The notes: generated by a model from the sequence alone, not told the origin. A DNA stretch of 64,000 nt from Octopus vulgaris (GCA_951406725.2 OX597838.1:10106001-10170000), one strand, 5' to 3'. Counted from the stretch's first letter, positions 49,717 to 61,308 are shown. Made by a program: numbers and translations.

Positions 49717-49999
49717 CTTTATTTAAAGCAGCAGAAAATTCAACAAAATCTGTTACTCTGAGTTTCTCGTTGCCGTTCATCAGACAGTTTTTTCTAGCAA
49801 AAACTGTTACTCTGAGTTTCTCGTTGCCGTTCATCAGACAGTTTTTTCTAGCAAAAACTGTCTGATGAACGGCAACGAGAAACTCAGAGTAACAGATTTT
49901 GTTGAATTTTCTGCTGCTTTAAATAAAGCATATTACTCTACCACTGGTATTTGAGTACTCTTTTTTTCCACCTTGTTTCACATTTATGTGTTTACTCCG

Positions 50000-50001
<2 letters not shown>
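49717..50001. mobile_element. Penelope-like foldback with three hammerhead copies (palindrome 49717-49928)
   Basis: Near-perfect inverted arms; exact 54-bp duplication at 49750-49803 and 49804-49857. Confidence 0.8.
49858..49895 (+). ncRNA. Minimal type I hammerhead motif (two more tandem copies on the minus strand, 49750-49846)
   Basis: CTGT-CTGATGA-ACG-GCAA-CGA-GAA-ACTCAGAGT-A-ACAG; GNRA loop on stem II, GUA site, A-A mismatch at 10.1-11.1. Confidence 0.7.
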
Positions 50002-50073
<72 letters not shown>

Positions 50074-50076
<3 letters not shown>

Positions 50077-50301
50077 AATCCCACGGTTCACCATATCGCG
50101 GTTCACCTGTCGTGGTTTATTATTTTAGCTTACGTCGATTCCTCTATGGGGTTGTTTTGCATTTATAATAAAATAAATGTATACAAATCATAAAACTAAT
50201 TTTAAAAAAACTATACAGTACAGTACTGTTTCTACTAATCGGATTTTCACCTTTCGCGGGGTCTTTTGGAACGCATACCTGCAATAGTCGAGGGATTACT
50301 G
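50074..50301. mobile_element. pogo/Tigger-like MITE
   Basis: Homologous to 3365-3618; ends CGAGGGATTACTG. Confidence 0.7.
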
Positions 50302-50381
50302 TGTGTGTGTGTATACATACATATATCCATCCATCCATCCATCCATCCATCCATCCATCCATCCATACATACATACATACA

Positions 50382-50417
<36 letters not shown>

Positions 50418-50431
50418 TATATATAGGTGCA

Positions 50432-50736
50432 GGTGTCTTCTACTATAGCCTCCGGCCGACCAAAGCCTTGTGAGTAGATTTGGTAGACGGAAACTGAAAG
50501 AAGCCCGTCGTATGTATATATGTGTGTGTGTGTTTGTGTTTGTGTGCCTGTATTTGTCCCCCCAACATCGCTTGACAATCGATGGTGGTGTGTTTACGTC
50601 CACGTAACTTAGTGGTTCGGCAAAAGCGATCGATAGAATAAGTACTAGGCTTCCAAAGAATAAGTCCTGGGGTTGATTTGCTCGACTAAAGGCGGTGCTC
50701 CAGCATGGCCGCAGTCAAATGAGAGTAAAAGAGAGT
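50432..50736 (+). mobile_element. SINE family A, head missing
   Basis: Core and tail present. Confidence 0.85.
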
Positions 50737-50747
50737 ATATATATATA

Positions 50748-50980
50748 CAGGGTTGGCCAAAAGTCAGCCGACAGTAAACCAAAACCATTTAATTCCAAGA
50801 TTTATTTATGTTTACCAACTGAATGAATTTAAGAAAAGCATCTAAAAATGAAACATCATGGAAATTGTTTAAATCGAAGTCCTTCTTGAGCGACGCATTT
50901 TTCCATTCGAGTCAATACAGAATTACAGAGAGTATTAATGGAATTTTGATTTACTGTCGGGTGGCTTTTGGCCTACCTTG
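50748..50980. mobile_element. Tc1/mariner-type MITE
   Basis: TIRs CAGGGTTGGCCAAAAGTCAGCCGACAGTAAA / TTTACTGTCGGGTGGCTTTTGGCCTACCTTG. Confidence 0.75.
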
Positions 50981-51004
50981 TGTATGTATGTGTGTGTGTA
51001 TGTA

Positions 51005-51048
<44 letters not shown>

Positions 51049-51105
51049 AAATAAAAAAAAAAGGGAAAATACGCACACTTACATAGTTTTAATATAATTT
51101 TTAAT

Positions 51106-51140
51106 ATATCGACCGGTTTCGCTATCGCTATTCATGATAT
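51106..51140 (-). ncRNA. Minimal type I hammerhead motif with an A3-U8 core
   Basis: Minus strand ATATC-ATGAATA-GC-GATA-GC-GAA-ACCGGT-C-GATAT; all three stems pair; GUC site. Confidence 0.6.
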
Positions 51141-51189
51141 TATGTTTTACTTATCTGAATATATATTTTTTCTTAAGAAGAAATTTTGT

Positions 51190-52840
51190 CCATGTTGTGT
51201 GGGATGAAATTCATGATTAGGATCATTATCAGTGAAAACCTGCTGATCTTATATAAGTGCCAACACTTTAGCAATAATATTTGTAATCAATTTAAGTGTT
51301 GCAGAAGGAGCTTCCATTATCCTATCTGTATTTTCAGCTTGTTCTTTTTCTAGCGGCATCATTAGATAAACTTTCTTTCTTGGACACAAGCAACTCAGTC
51401 ACGTCATCCTCTATGACTTCTTCAAATCCTACATCCTTTGCATGTGTCACTGTATCTTTCCGAATTTGATGTAGATTTCCTGCTTGAGGAAAACTTGTAA
51501 TGTCACGGATACAGTCTGGCCATATATTTTTCCAAGCACTTTTCAAAGTTAAAGGCTTCATTTTATCTCGTGACTCATCTGTATTACCCACAATAACCAT
51601 TATGTCGAATTTCTTTTAGAAATCTCTAACTGTACGTTTATGCTGCCTGTCAATTGCTTTCATAAATTGTTTGAAAGCTTTCTTCATATATTGTACCTTG
51701 AAGTTAGCTATCACACTGTGATCTATTGACTGGAACAAGGAGGTTGTATCCTTGGGGATATATTCTACTCTCACATTATCAGAAATATCATCTAATTTCA
51801 CTGGGTGGCTCAGTGCATTGTCTAAACGAAGCAATTCTTTGTTGGAAATATATCTGTCTCTGTACCCTTCAAATGCAGGACAAAAAGCATTTGTAAGCCA
51901 TGCTTAGAAAAAAAAACTTATGTCTTCTTATTTGAACACCAAACCAGAAATAGATTCATTTTGAGTAACCTTTGAAAGCCTTAGATTTTCAGAATCATAT
52001 ACGAGTAGGGGCTTTAATTTCATATCACCAGCGCCATTTCCTCCCAAAAGAAGAGTCAGACGATTTTCGAAAGCTTTAAATCCTGGTATTGATTCCCCTT
52101 CTCAAGAAATTAAAGTTCTGGCAGTCATACACATTTCCAGAACAGTACAGTTTCATCAACGTTGTACATTTGCTTTGGAGGCGCAATGGCCCAGTGGTTA
52201 GGGCAGCAGACTCGCAGTCATAGGATCGCGGGTTTCGATTCCCAGACCGGGCGTTGTGAGTGTTTATTGAGCGAAAACACCTAAAAAAGCTCCATGAGGC
52301 TCCGGCAGGGGATGGTGGTGATCCCTGCTGTACTCTTTCACCACAACTTTCTCTCACTCTTACTTCCTGTTTCTGTTGTACTTGTATTTCAAAAGGGCCG
52401 GCCTTGTCACTCTCTGTGTCACGCTGAATATCCCCGAGAACTTACGTTAAGGGTACACGTGTCTGTGGAGTGCTCAGCCACTTACACGTTAATTTCTCGA
52501 GCAGGCTGTTCCGTTGATTCGGATCAACCGGAACCCTCGTCGTCGTAACCGATGGAGTGCTTCCCAACATTTGCTTGATGTGTACCCCCCCTTTCAGCAA
52601 CCGTTTTCTTCAGTTGCTCAGGATAATTAGTAGCAGCCTCCGTATTAGCGCTTCCAGTTTCACCAGTCATTTTTATGCTGTGCTAATTCATGCGCTTTGT
52701 AAACCTTTCAAACCAACTTTTACTAGCCAAAAGGGGTTTTTCACTATAAGTTTCACCTTCCTTTTTCTGTAAATCGTATAAACTTTTGGCTTTTTTCATT
52801 CTTTGTCTTTTCTTTTTTATTACCATCGTGTTTATCGGCA
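51190..52840 (-). mobile_element. Decayed Tigger/pogo (CENP-B/DDE_1) transposase
   Basis: LRLDNALSHP, EYIPKDTTSLFQSIDHSVIANFK, TLKSAWKNIWP, VGFEEVIEDDVTELL; its 3' part recurs at about 54405-54662. Confidence 0.85.
52177..52566 (+). mobile_element. SINE family D inserted in the Tigger element
   Basis: tRNA-like head GGAGGCGCAATGGCCCAGTGGTTAGGGC..GGTTTCGATTCCC; TSD ACATTTGCTT. Confidence 0.88.
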
Positions 52841-52889
52841 CATTACACTGATTCTGACCCTCGAGTCATACACCCAAGATTCGTTACCT

Positions 52890-53302
52890 ATTTCTTTATT
52901 ACCCACAAGGGGCTAAACACAGAGGGGACAAACAAGGACAGACATAGGGATTATGTCGATTACATCGACCCCAGTGCGTAACTGGTACTTAATTTATCGA
53001 CCCCAAAAGGATGAAAGGCAAAGTCGACCTCGGCGGAATTTGAACTCAGAACGTAAAACAGACGAAATACCTATTTCTTTACTACCCACAAGGGGCTAAA
53101 CACAGAGGGGAAAAACAAGGACAGACATAGGTATTATGTCGATTACATCGACCCCAGTGCGTAACTGGTACTTAATTTATCGACCCCGAAAGGATGAAAG
53201 GCAAAGTCGACCTCGGCGGAATTTGAACTCACAACGTTACGGCAGAAGAAGTACCGCAAAGCATTTCGCCTGGTGTGCTAACGCTTCTGCTAGCTCGCCG
53301 CC
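52890..53302 (-). mobile_element. SINE family C with a tandemly duplicated 3' portion (about 182 bp)
   Basis: Two near-identical copies from TATTTCTTTA..CCCACAAGGGGC to GGAATTTGAACTCA; TSD GA(T/A)TCGTTACC. Confidence 0.88.
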
Positions 53303-53619
53303 TTGAATCGTTACCACACAGCCACTCCCGCACCTATTACTATTAAACTGTTAGCGATTTAAAAACTACACAATCCGAGTTTCCATAAGAGCGAAATTAC
53401 AGACAGAATCCTGAAATTAATGGTTATACTTTACAATTTCTGTAAGCGAAATCACGTAACCTGAAACAACTGTAACGTGGTCGACACTTATATATAGATT
53501 TGACTCAGATTAACAATGTGTGGGCGAACGATTGTAGTGGCCTGGTCAAATTTCCTACAACTGTTAATACGGCCAACCAGTGGCATAAAAATGCACCATC
53601 TGTGTCTGGAAAATAATAT

Positions 53620-53831
53620 ACTCTTTACTCTCTTTTACTCGTTTCAGTCATTTGACTGCGGCCATGCTGGAGCTCCGCCTTTAGTCGAGCGACTCGACCC
53701 TGGGACTTATTCTTTGTAAGCCCAGTACTTATTCTATCGGTCTCTTTTGCCGAACCGCTAAGTGACGGGGACGTAAACTCACCAGCATCGGTTATCAAGC
53801 AATGCTAGGGGGACAAACACAGACACACACA

Positions 53832-53885
<54 letters not shown>

Positions 53886-54048
53886 TACGACGGGCTTCTT
53901 TCAGTTTCCGTCTACCAAATCCACTCACAAGGCTTTGGTCGGCCCGAGGCTATAGTAGAAGACACTTGCCCAAGGTGCCACACAGTGGGACTGAACCTGG
54001 AATCATGTGGTTGGTTAGCAAGCTACTTACCACACAGCCATTCCTGCT
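53620..54048 (-). mobile_element. SINE family A
   Basis: Full consensus, reverse complement. Confidence 0.9.
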
Positions 54049-54404
54049 CCTGAGGCTGTTGCATGTATGTTAACTCTCTCAGACCTGGGCCCTTCTGTGT
54101 ACCTTTACCATTTACCTGGGCCCTTCTGTGTACCTTTACCATTTACCTGGGTTCCTGAGCGAAAATATAAATAGTTGCATATAAAACTCAAGAATAACGA
54201 TTGCAAGCAATTTAAAGGGCAGAATCACGCAAAAATTCGGGAAAATAACAATAATGGGCCTTTCTCTCAACAACTGCATTTGTTAGGCAAACTAATGGAC
54301 AGAATCACAGAAAAATTTTGGAGAATAACAATAATAGATCTATCTTTCAACTACCGTATTTGTTCACCTGAATCATTACTTTCCTCGCCAGTTTAAACCA
54401 GTTT

Positions 54405-54662
54405 TGTCCATGTTGTGTGGGATGAAATTCATGATTAGGATCATTATCGGTGAAAACCAGCTGATCTTCTATAAGTGCCAACACCTTAGCAATAATATTT
54501 GTAATCAATTTGAGTGTTGCAGAAGGAGCTTCCATTATCCTATCTGTATATTCAGCTTGTTCTTTTTCTAGCGGCATCAGCTCCTCATTAGATAAACTTT
54601 CTTTCTCGGACACAAGCAACTCAGTCACATCATCCTCTATGACTTCTTCAAATCCTACATCC
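54405..54662 (-). mobile_element. Second Tigger-like 3' fragment
   Basis: Near-identical to 51185-51435. Confidence 0.8.
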
Positions 54663-54989
54663 TCTCATTACTGGCGTAAATGTAAACTCTTGTCCGAAGA
54701 ATAAATATCATCGATAATTTCCTCAACTGCAAAGAGTCTGGGCCTTCGTCGTTTACAAGATGAAGTGTTGGATTCATCACATTCTCGTTTCATTGCAAAA
54801 TCGAATTATTTTTTCCTATAAAAAAAAAAAAAATAGACAACAACTATGGGGGACACTATTATCAATGAGTTATAAACACATTTGTCTACAAAGCTGCAAC
54901 GGGATCAGTTGTCTAATTTTAGTATTTTATCTTAATTCCCAATTTAGCGGGAATCCAGCAATGATCCCGTTTAAGTTATTCCTGCTATA

Positions 54990-55154
54990 GGCGCAGGAGT
55001 GGCTGTGTGGTAAGTAGCTTGCTAACCAACCACATGGTTCCAGGTTCAGTCCCACTGCGTGGCACCTTGGGCAAGTGTCTTCTGCTATAGCCTCAGGCCG
55101 ACCAATGCCTTGTGAGTGGATTTGGTAGACGGAAACTGAAAGAAGCCTGTCGTA

Positions 55155-55207
<53 letters not shown>

Positions 55208-55388
55208 ATGTGTGTTTGTGTGTGTGTTTGTCCCCCTAGCATTGCTTGACAACCGATGCTGGTGTGTTTACGTCCCCGTCACTTAGCGGTTCGGCAAAAG
55301 AGACCCGGGGTCGATTTGCTCGACTAAAGGCGGTGCTTCAGCATGGCCGCAGTCAAATGACTGAAACAAGTAAAAGAGTAAAAGAGTA
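54990..55388 (+). mobile_element. SINE family A
   Basis: Full head and tail with a small internal deletion. Confidence 0.9.
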
Positions 55389-56000
55389 TAGTGGGAATAC
55401 GGCTTGATATGGTTAAGGCATAAAAAATAGGTTCAAATAAGCAGACGAAAGAATTCATAGTTACGGAGATTTCATTTGATAAGTTTCAAATTCTGGAAGT
55501 GATAATTTCTGTATGCTATGCAGACATAGCAATCTGACAAGTAGTTTGCTAGCCAGAGTGTTGTGTTGCTTCTTGAAGTGGCTTTGGGTATATTTTTAAC
55601 TCAATAACAGGGACTTAAAAGTTTTGATCGTGTCCACTCTAAGAATGATATGCGTGTGAAGTTGTTTTGTTTTTGAAGCAGCTGTCAAGTATCCTCTTCT
55701 GGTTTCATGAGTTAAGTGGTGACAGAGTGTAATTGTCTGGATGTATGTTGTAATTTGGAGAGGGGGAATGGGTAGGTTTGGGATATCAATGGAATTTAGC
55801 CTATGAAATATTTTAGTGAAACTTGCAAGAGCACAGTGAGGACAGATAGGAACCTTCAAAGGCGCCTCAAAATGATTCTGAGGGACAATTTGCTCGACTG
55901 TGTCACAAGTGAAGAGTTTCTAAGAAGTGCAATGTCACAGCCACAAGAGATTGTAGCACAACACTGATTCTGCCTAGCTAGATACATTCTCCATCTAACG

Positions 56001-56246
56001 CAGTGGTTCTCAGCCAGTTTTTGCCTGTGGATTCCTTCGATTCCTGTTTTACTCAGGTGGACCCCATAGCCGTTCGATGCTTTAAAAAATCCTATTATAT
56101 CTTTATGATCCTATATTATTAAGAATTGTGTAAAAAAAATAATTTTTTAATATTTTGTGCTTTGTAAAAGTATAACCAATTTATCCCACAAATCTTATAT
56201 GTACCCCCTCCCCAAGAGTCATGTAGACCCCAGTTGAGAACTCCTG
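56001..56246. mobile_element. hAT-type MITE
   Basis: CAGTGGTTCTCAGC / GTTGAGAACTCCTG; 8-bp TSD ATCTAACG / ATCTAACA (7/8). Confidence 0.75.
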
Positions 56247-56317
56247 ATCTAACAAATCATTGGCATTCATTAGCTGGTACTTGTGTACCAGCTAATGGCA
56301 GGTATAAAAGGAGATAA

Positions 56318-56705
56318 GGCGGCGAGCTGGCAGAAATGTTAGCACGCCAGGCGAAATGCTTAATCGTCAGATTAAATAAGTACCAGTTACGCACTGGGGT
56401 TGATGTAATCGACTTAATCCGTTTGTCTGTCCTTGTTTGTCCCCTCTACGTTTAGCCCCTTGTGGGCAATTAAGAAATAGATATATATATATTACTTTCT
56501 AGTTGAGGTGAAATGCCTGAAATATTTGGGGGGTGGGAGAGGATGATAGTCGATTACATCGACCCAAGTGCTCAACTGGTACTTTTTTTATCGACCCTGA
56601 AAGAATGAAAGGCAAGGTCGAGCTTGGTGGAATTTGAAAGCAGAACGTAAAACCAGAAGAAATATTGCTAAACATTTTATCTCGTGTGCTGTCAGCTCGT
56701 CCCCT
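56318..56705. mobile_element. Two SINE family C copies tail-to-tail (56318-56480 plus; about 56520-56705 minus)
   Basis: GGCGGCGAGCTGGCAGAA head; TCGACCC.GAAAG.ATGAAAGGCAA in the second copy. Confidence 0.7.
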
Positions 56706-56934
56706 CAGATAATCCATTTTAATAAAAGAAGGGACAAGTCAAAATTTCGAGAAATAATTGGGGTTTTTTTCAGATTGGGTATTATCATTATTATTATCAT
56801 TATCATTTATGGTTTCTTTTCATTATAACTTTATGTCAGCTGCCTTAGTACTGGGCATCCTCCAGGGGCCAAGAGTAACAAGGGCACTTTTGTTTTGCCA
56901 TGCATGCTAAAATTATCGCCACATTTATTCCATT

Positions 56935-57485
56935 TTAGATGGAGAGTGCTTTCCGTAGTCTATGGGCTGTCCCCATCAAGGTTATCTTTTGTAGTTCGTG
57001 GAGATTGGAGTTACCAGGGAGTTGCTTAATATACTCCTCAGCTCCCTTCTTTATCATTCCCAACTCACCAATTACTACTGGTATTATCGTAGTACTTAGC
57101 TTCCACGTTTTTGTGATTTCAATTTGCAGATCTTTATAGTGAGAAAGCTTTTTGTATTTGTCTTCTTGAGACATTTTGATCTTGTGGGACAGACATATCT
57201 ATTACCAGATAAGTTCCTCTGTTGTTATCCTTGATCACAATGTCTGGTCAATTTTTCTGTCTTGTTTGTATTGGGAAGTTCCAAGGGACGGTGATCCTCT
57301 GGACGGTGCCTGTACCACTTATCATGGGATTTAATTTTGTAGCATTCCAGTGGATGTACTGCCCTAGTCTGTCATGTCTTACAAGGGACCCCTTTCCAGT
57401 GAGGACTGGGCAGCCAGAAACAACACAATCAATTGTCTCTGTGAATGTTCTGCAAATTCTGCATGAGGGGTTGGATCCATCTTTT
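56935..57485 (-). mobile_element. RLE-bearing non-LTR retrotransposon 3' fragment (R4/Dong-like)
   Basis: Cys motif, RHD, PDIV..D, KKLSHYKDLQIEITKTWKL..IPVVIGELG restriction-like endonuclease motifs. Confidence 0.8.
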
Positions 57486-58208
57486 GTTGTTGTTTTGTGA
57501 TTGTGTTGGTATGTGCATGTTTGTGTGTGTGTGTTAATTGTTAAAAATATTTATTTTTCAATAATATGTTTTAGTTACCACAGTAACAAAAAGCACATTA
57601 TTGAAAATATTCTATGGTGGCTTTGTTTCATTCGTCAACAATAGTAAATTCTGCAATAAAAACAAACTTTCTCCATGTTTCTATGCAGCCAGAAATATGG
57701 TTCTTTGTCTCATTATTCAATAAACAGCTGTCAAACAAACAAACAAACAAACCTCTTAAAGGAAAAACAAAACAAAACAAAACAACCCTTCCTAAACCTC
57801 CCCATACAAAAAGTCAAAACAACAGGTGGCCAGACATCTCAACTCCCAAGTCCACTTATTCTTGTCCAAACCCTAGACACAAGGAAGCAATTTATTATAA
57901 ATATTTGAAATCTGGATATTTTTCAACAGCTGACATCCTTCACACACACACACACACAAATGAATACACACACACACACACAAATGAATACACACACACA
58001 CACACACACACACACAAATGAATACACACACACACAAATGAACGCATATAAGATGAAGACAAGTAACAAAATTCCCACGTAGCAGGGTTGATAATTAAGA
58101 GATTCCTCTTACATTAAACAATTGGTAGTCTTGTTGACCCACAAATAAAAAATATCTATTCACCAACAGTGTTGAGCGCTCAAACTCAATGTTCAATATT
58201 AGTGTATA

Positions 58209-58240
<32 letters not shown>

Positions 58241-59070
58241 GGCACAGGTGTGGCTGTGTGGTAAGAAGCTTGCTTCCCAACCACATGGTTCTGGTTTCAA
58301 TCCCTCTGTGTGGTACATTAGGCAAGTGTCTTCTACTATAGCCTCAGGCCAACCAAAGCTTTCTGAGTGGAAACTGAAAGAAGCCTATTGTGTATATATA
58401 TATCATCATCATCATTTAGCATCCGCTTTCCATGCTAGCATGGGTTGGACGGTTCAACTGGGGTCTGTGAAGCCAGAAGGCTGCATCAGGCCCAGTCTGA
58501 TCTGGCAGTGTTTCTACGGCTGGATGCCCTTCCTAACGCCAACCACTCCGTGAGTGTAGTGGGTGCTTTTTACGTGCCACCCGCACAGGTGCCAGACGAG
58601 TCTGGCAAACGGCCACGAACGAATGGTGCTTTTACGTGTCACCGGCACGGGGGCCAGGCGAGGCTGGCAACGGCCACGAACGGATGGTGCTATATATATA
58701 TTAGAAAATATAAGGTACTCAGAAATCTGGATGGTTTTATATTTACAGATTTTTATTAATATGTCACATGTTTTTATAAATGATATATTAGTGCTTGCAT
58801 CCACTCTAGTAGATTCTTCAGATATGTATGTATATGTATATATTTATGTGCATGTGTGTGTATCGTGCCTGTATTAGTACTGCCACCATCACTTGACAAC
58901 CTATTTTAGTGTGTTTATGTCCCCGTAACTTAGCAGTTTGGTAAGGAGAGTGATAAATTAAGTGCTTGGCTTACAAAGAATATGTCCTGGGGTCAATTTC
59001 TTTGACTAAAAAACCCTTAAAGGTAGTGTTCCAGCATGTCTGCAGTCAAATGAATGAAACAAGTAGAAGA
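58241..59070. mobile_element. Degenerate SINE A (+) interrupted by retroposon family B (58403-58690, minus)
   Basis: A head at 58241, A tail at about 58890-59070; B (CAT)n start at 58403. Confidence 0.7.
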
Positions 59071-59186
59071 ATATATATATATAAATGTATATATATATAT
59101 ATATATATATATAATAAATGTATATATTTCGTTTGGGGATTAGGTTTGCAAGATTCTTTATGTGAATTTGTGTGTTGAAGCAAATT

Positions 59187-59462
59187 CTGTTGTGCCAGGG
59201 GAGAGTCATTCTGTTTTGGTGCCTTGTAATTTAACATACTCATTGGTAAAATTTCCACTTAATTCTTTCTTATTTTTCTAAAATTTTTGTTGCATCTTGC
59301 AACCTTTTCAATAGTTTTGACACAAAACTATTGAAAAGGTTACAAGATGCAACGAAAATTTTAGAAAAAAAAAATATAAAAAAGAAATAAGTGGAAATTT
59401 TACCAGTGAGTGTGTTAAATAATAAGACACCAAAAGAGAATGACTCTCTTCTGACACAACAG
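59187..59462. mobile_element. Foldback element (arms about 135 bp) with a hammerhead-like centre
   Basis: GAGAGTCATTCT..GGTAAAATTTCCACTT..CCTTTTCAATAGTTTTG-ACA-CAAAACTATTGAAAAGG..AAGTGGAAATTTTACC..AGAATGACTCTC. Confidence 0.8.
59328..59364 (+). ncRNA. Hammerhead-like variant with a U3-A8 core
   Basis: CTA-TTGAAAA-G-GTTAC-AAGAT-GCAAC-GAA-AATT-T-TAG; stem I only 3 bp. Confidence 0.4.
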
Positions 59463-59484
59463 TGTATATTTATATATATATATA

Positions 59485-59643
59485 GGTACAGGAGTGGCTG
59501 TCGTAAAAAGCTTGCTTCCCAACCACATGGTTCCAGGTTCAGTCCCATTGTGTGGTACCTTGGGCCAGTGTCTTCTATTATAACTTCAGGCCAACCAAAG
59601 CCCTGTGAGTGTATTTGCTTGGCGGAAACTGAAAGAAGCCTGT

Positions 59644-59678
<35 letters not shown>

Positions 59679-60061
59679 TCTTTACTCTTTTACTTGTTTC
59701 AGTCATTTGAATGCGGCCATGCTGGAGCACCGCTTTTAGTCGAGCAAATCGACCCCGGGACTTATTCTTTGTAAGCCCAGTACTTATTTTATGGGTCTCT
59801 TTTGCCGAACCGCTAAGTGACGGGGACATAAACACACCAGCATCGGTTATCAAGCAATGCTAGGGGGACAAACACAAACATATATATATAAATATATACG
59901 ACGGGCTTCTTTCAGTTTCCGTCTACCAAATCCACTCACAAGGCATTGGTTGGCCCGGGGCTATAGCAGAAGACACTTGCCCAAGATGCCACGCAGTGGG
60001 ACTGAACCCGGAACCATGTGGTTGGTAAACAAGCTACTTACCACACAGCCACTCCTGTGCC
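59485..60061. mobile_element. Inverted SINE A pair (head 59485-59645 plus; full copy 59677-60061 minus)
   Basis: Family A consensus in both orientations around (TA)n. Confidence 0.85.
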
Positions 60062-60136
60062 TATATATATATATATATGTATGTATGTACTTGTGTGCCT
60101 GTGTTTGTTACCACCATCGCTATGCGTCAAATTCAT

Positions 60137-60450
60137 CTAATGAATATAGTTGGTAGAATCATGTTGAGTACCTGAAACCAATATCATTTGAGCAGACAGT
60201 TTAAGTGCCGAACCGTATAGTAATTCTGCCAGGAAGTAACCGAGGTCTTCCTTAACAGCTGTACATAAACACAGTAACACAACTGGCAGGGCATCTACCC
60301 AATTCAGAATGTGCTGGTAAAACTGCTTTAAGCTGTCACTGAAAACATTCTGTCCTTCTGTTAGATGAATTTGACGCATAGTTAACAGGTCAGATAAGTC
60401 AGTAAAAAGACTAGATTCAAACTGACAACCTCTGTTGGTCATTATTGCCA
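60137..60450 (-). mobile_element. Gypsy-type integrase fragment
   Basis: TNRGCQFESSLF, WVDALPVVLL..TAVKEDLG..AELLYG..LKL. Confidence 0.75.
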
Positions 60451-60615
60451 TGGTAATGCACTAGAGGACATATTTTCTGAATGTAAACAAAGTGATTTAT
60501 AACTGTTAAGAAGAAAATCTCCAGAAAAGTTTATACTATATTTTGAATTCTTTATGAATACGTTGATAACACAACACAATACAAGGAATTCAAAAATTGT
60601 ATCACCACAGATATA

Positions 60616-60839
60616 TATTTCTTTACTACCCACAAGGGGCTAAACATAGAGGGGACAAACAAGGACAGACAAAGGGATTAAGTCGATTACATTGACCCCA
60701 GTGGGTAACTGGTATTTAATTTATCGACCCCGAAAGGATGAAAGGCAAAGTCGACCTTGGTGGAATTTGAACTCAGAATGTAACGACAGACGAAATACTG
60801 CTAAGCATTTCGCCCGGCGTACTAACGTTTCTGCCAGCT
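60616..60839 (-). mobile_element. SINE family C
   Basis: Full consensus, reverse complement. Confidence 0.88.
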
Positions 60840-61049
60840 ACACCTGTACCTATTGTTGTAAAAAAATCTATCTGCCTACCTATTTCTCACTAATAATTTC
60901 GACCCCCACCTTCTCTCTCTAGCGTGCGTGTTTTTCTTTTCCATTTCTTTCACCGATTCCACTATTCCTGTATCGTTTCTTTCTGTTTTCCTTTCTCCCC
61001 TTCCTCTCCCTTTCTATAGTTCTACGTTTGAGTTATTACTTCCCTTGAT

Positions 61050-61308
61050 GTGTCATCTCTTGTGAAAGGTAGGAGAGTCCAGTTTGCTGGACATTGTTGT
61101 AGAGCTGAAAAAGAAGTAATTTCTACTCTTCTCCTCTGGAAGCCATCTGCTCACAATACCAGAGGGCGCACACTCTCCTACCCTGATGTAATCTCGAGGG
61201 ATACAGGCATCCAGCAACAGGACCTCCGTAATGCCATGATGGACCGTGAAGTCTGGCGTAGCATGGTAAATTCCATTGTCTCGACCACGGTCGAACAATG
61301 ATGATGAT
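61050..61308 (+). mobile_element. RTE-clade LINE 3' end
   Basis: Same family as 14063-14570; (ATG)n tail. Confidence 0.8.

Noticed and set aside
52177-52250. tRNA gene
   Set aside because: The tRNA-like head continues into a SINE body and is bounded by a TSD; no convincing acceptor stem
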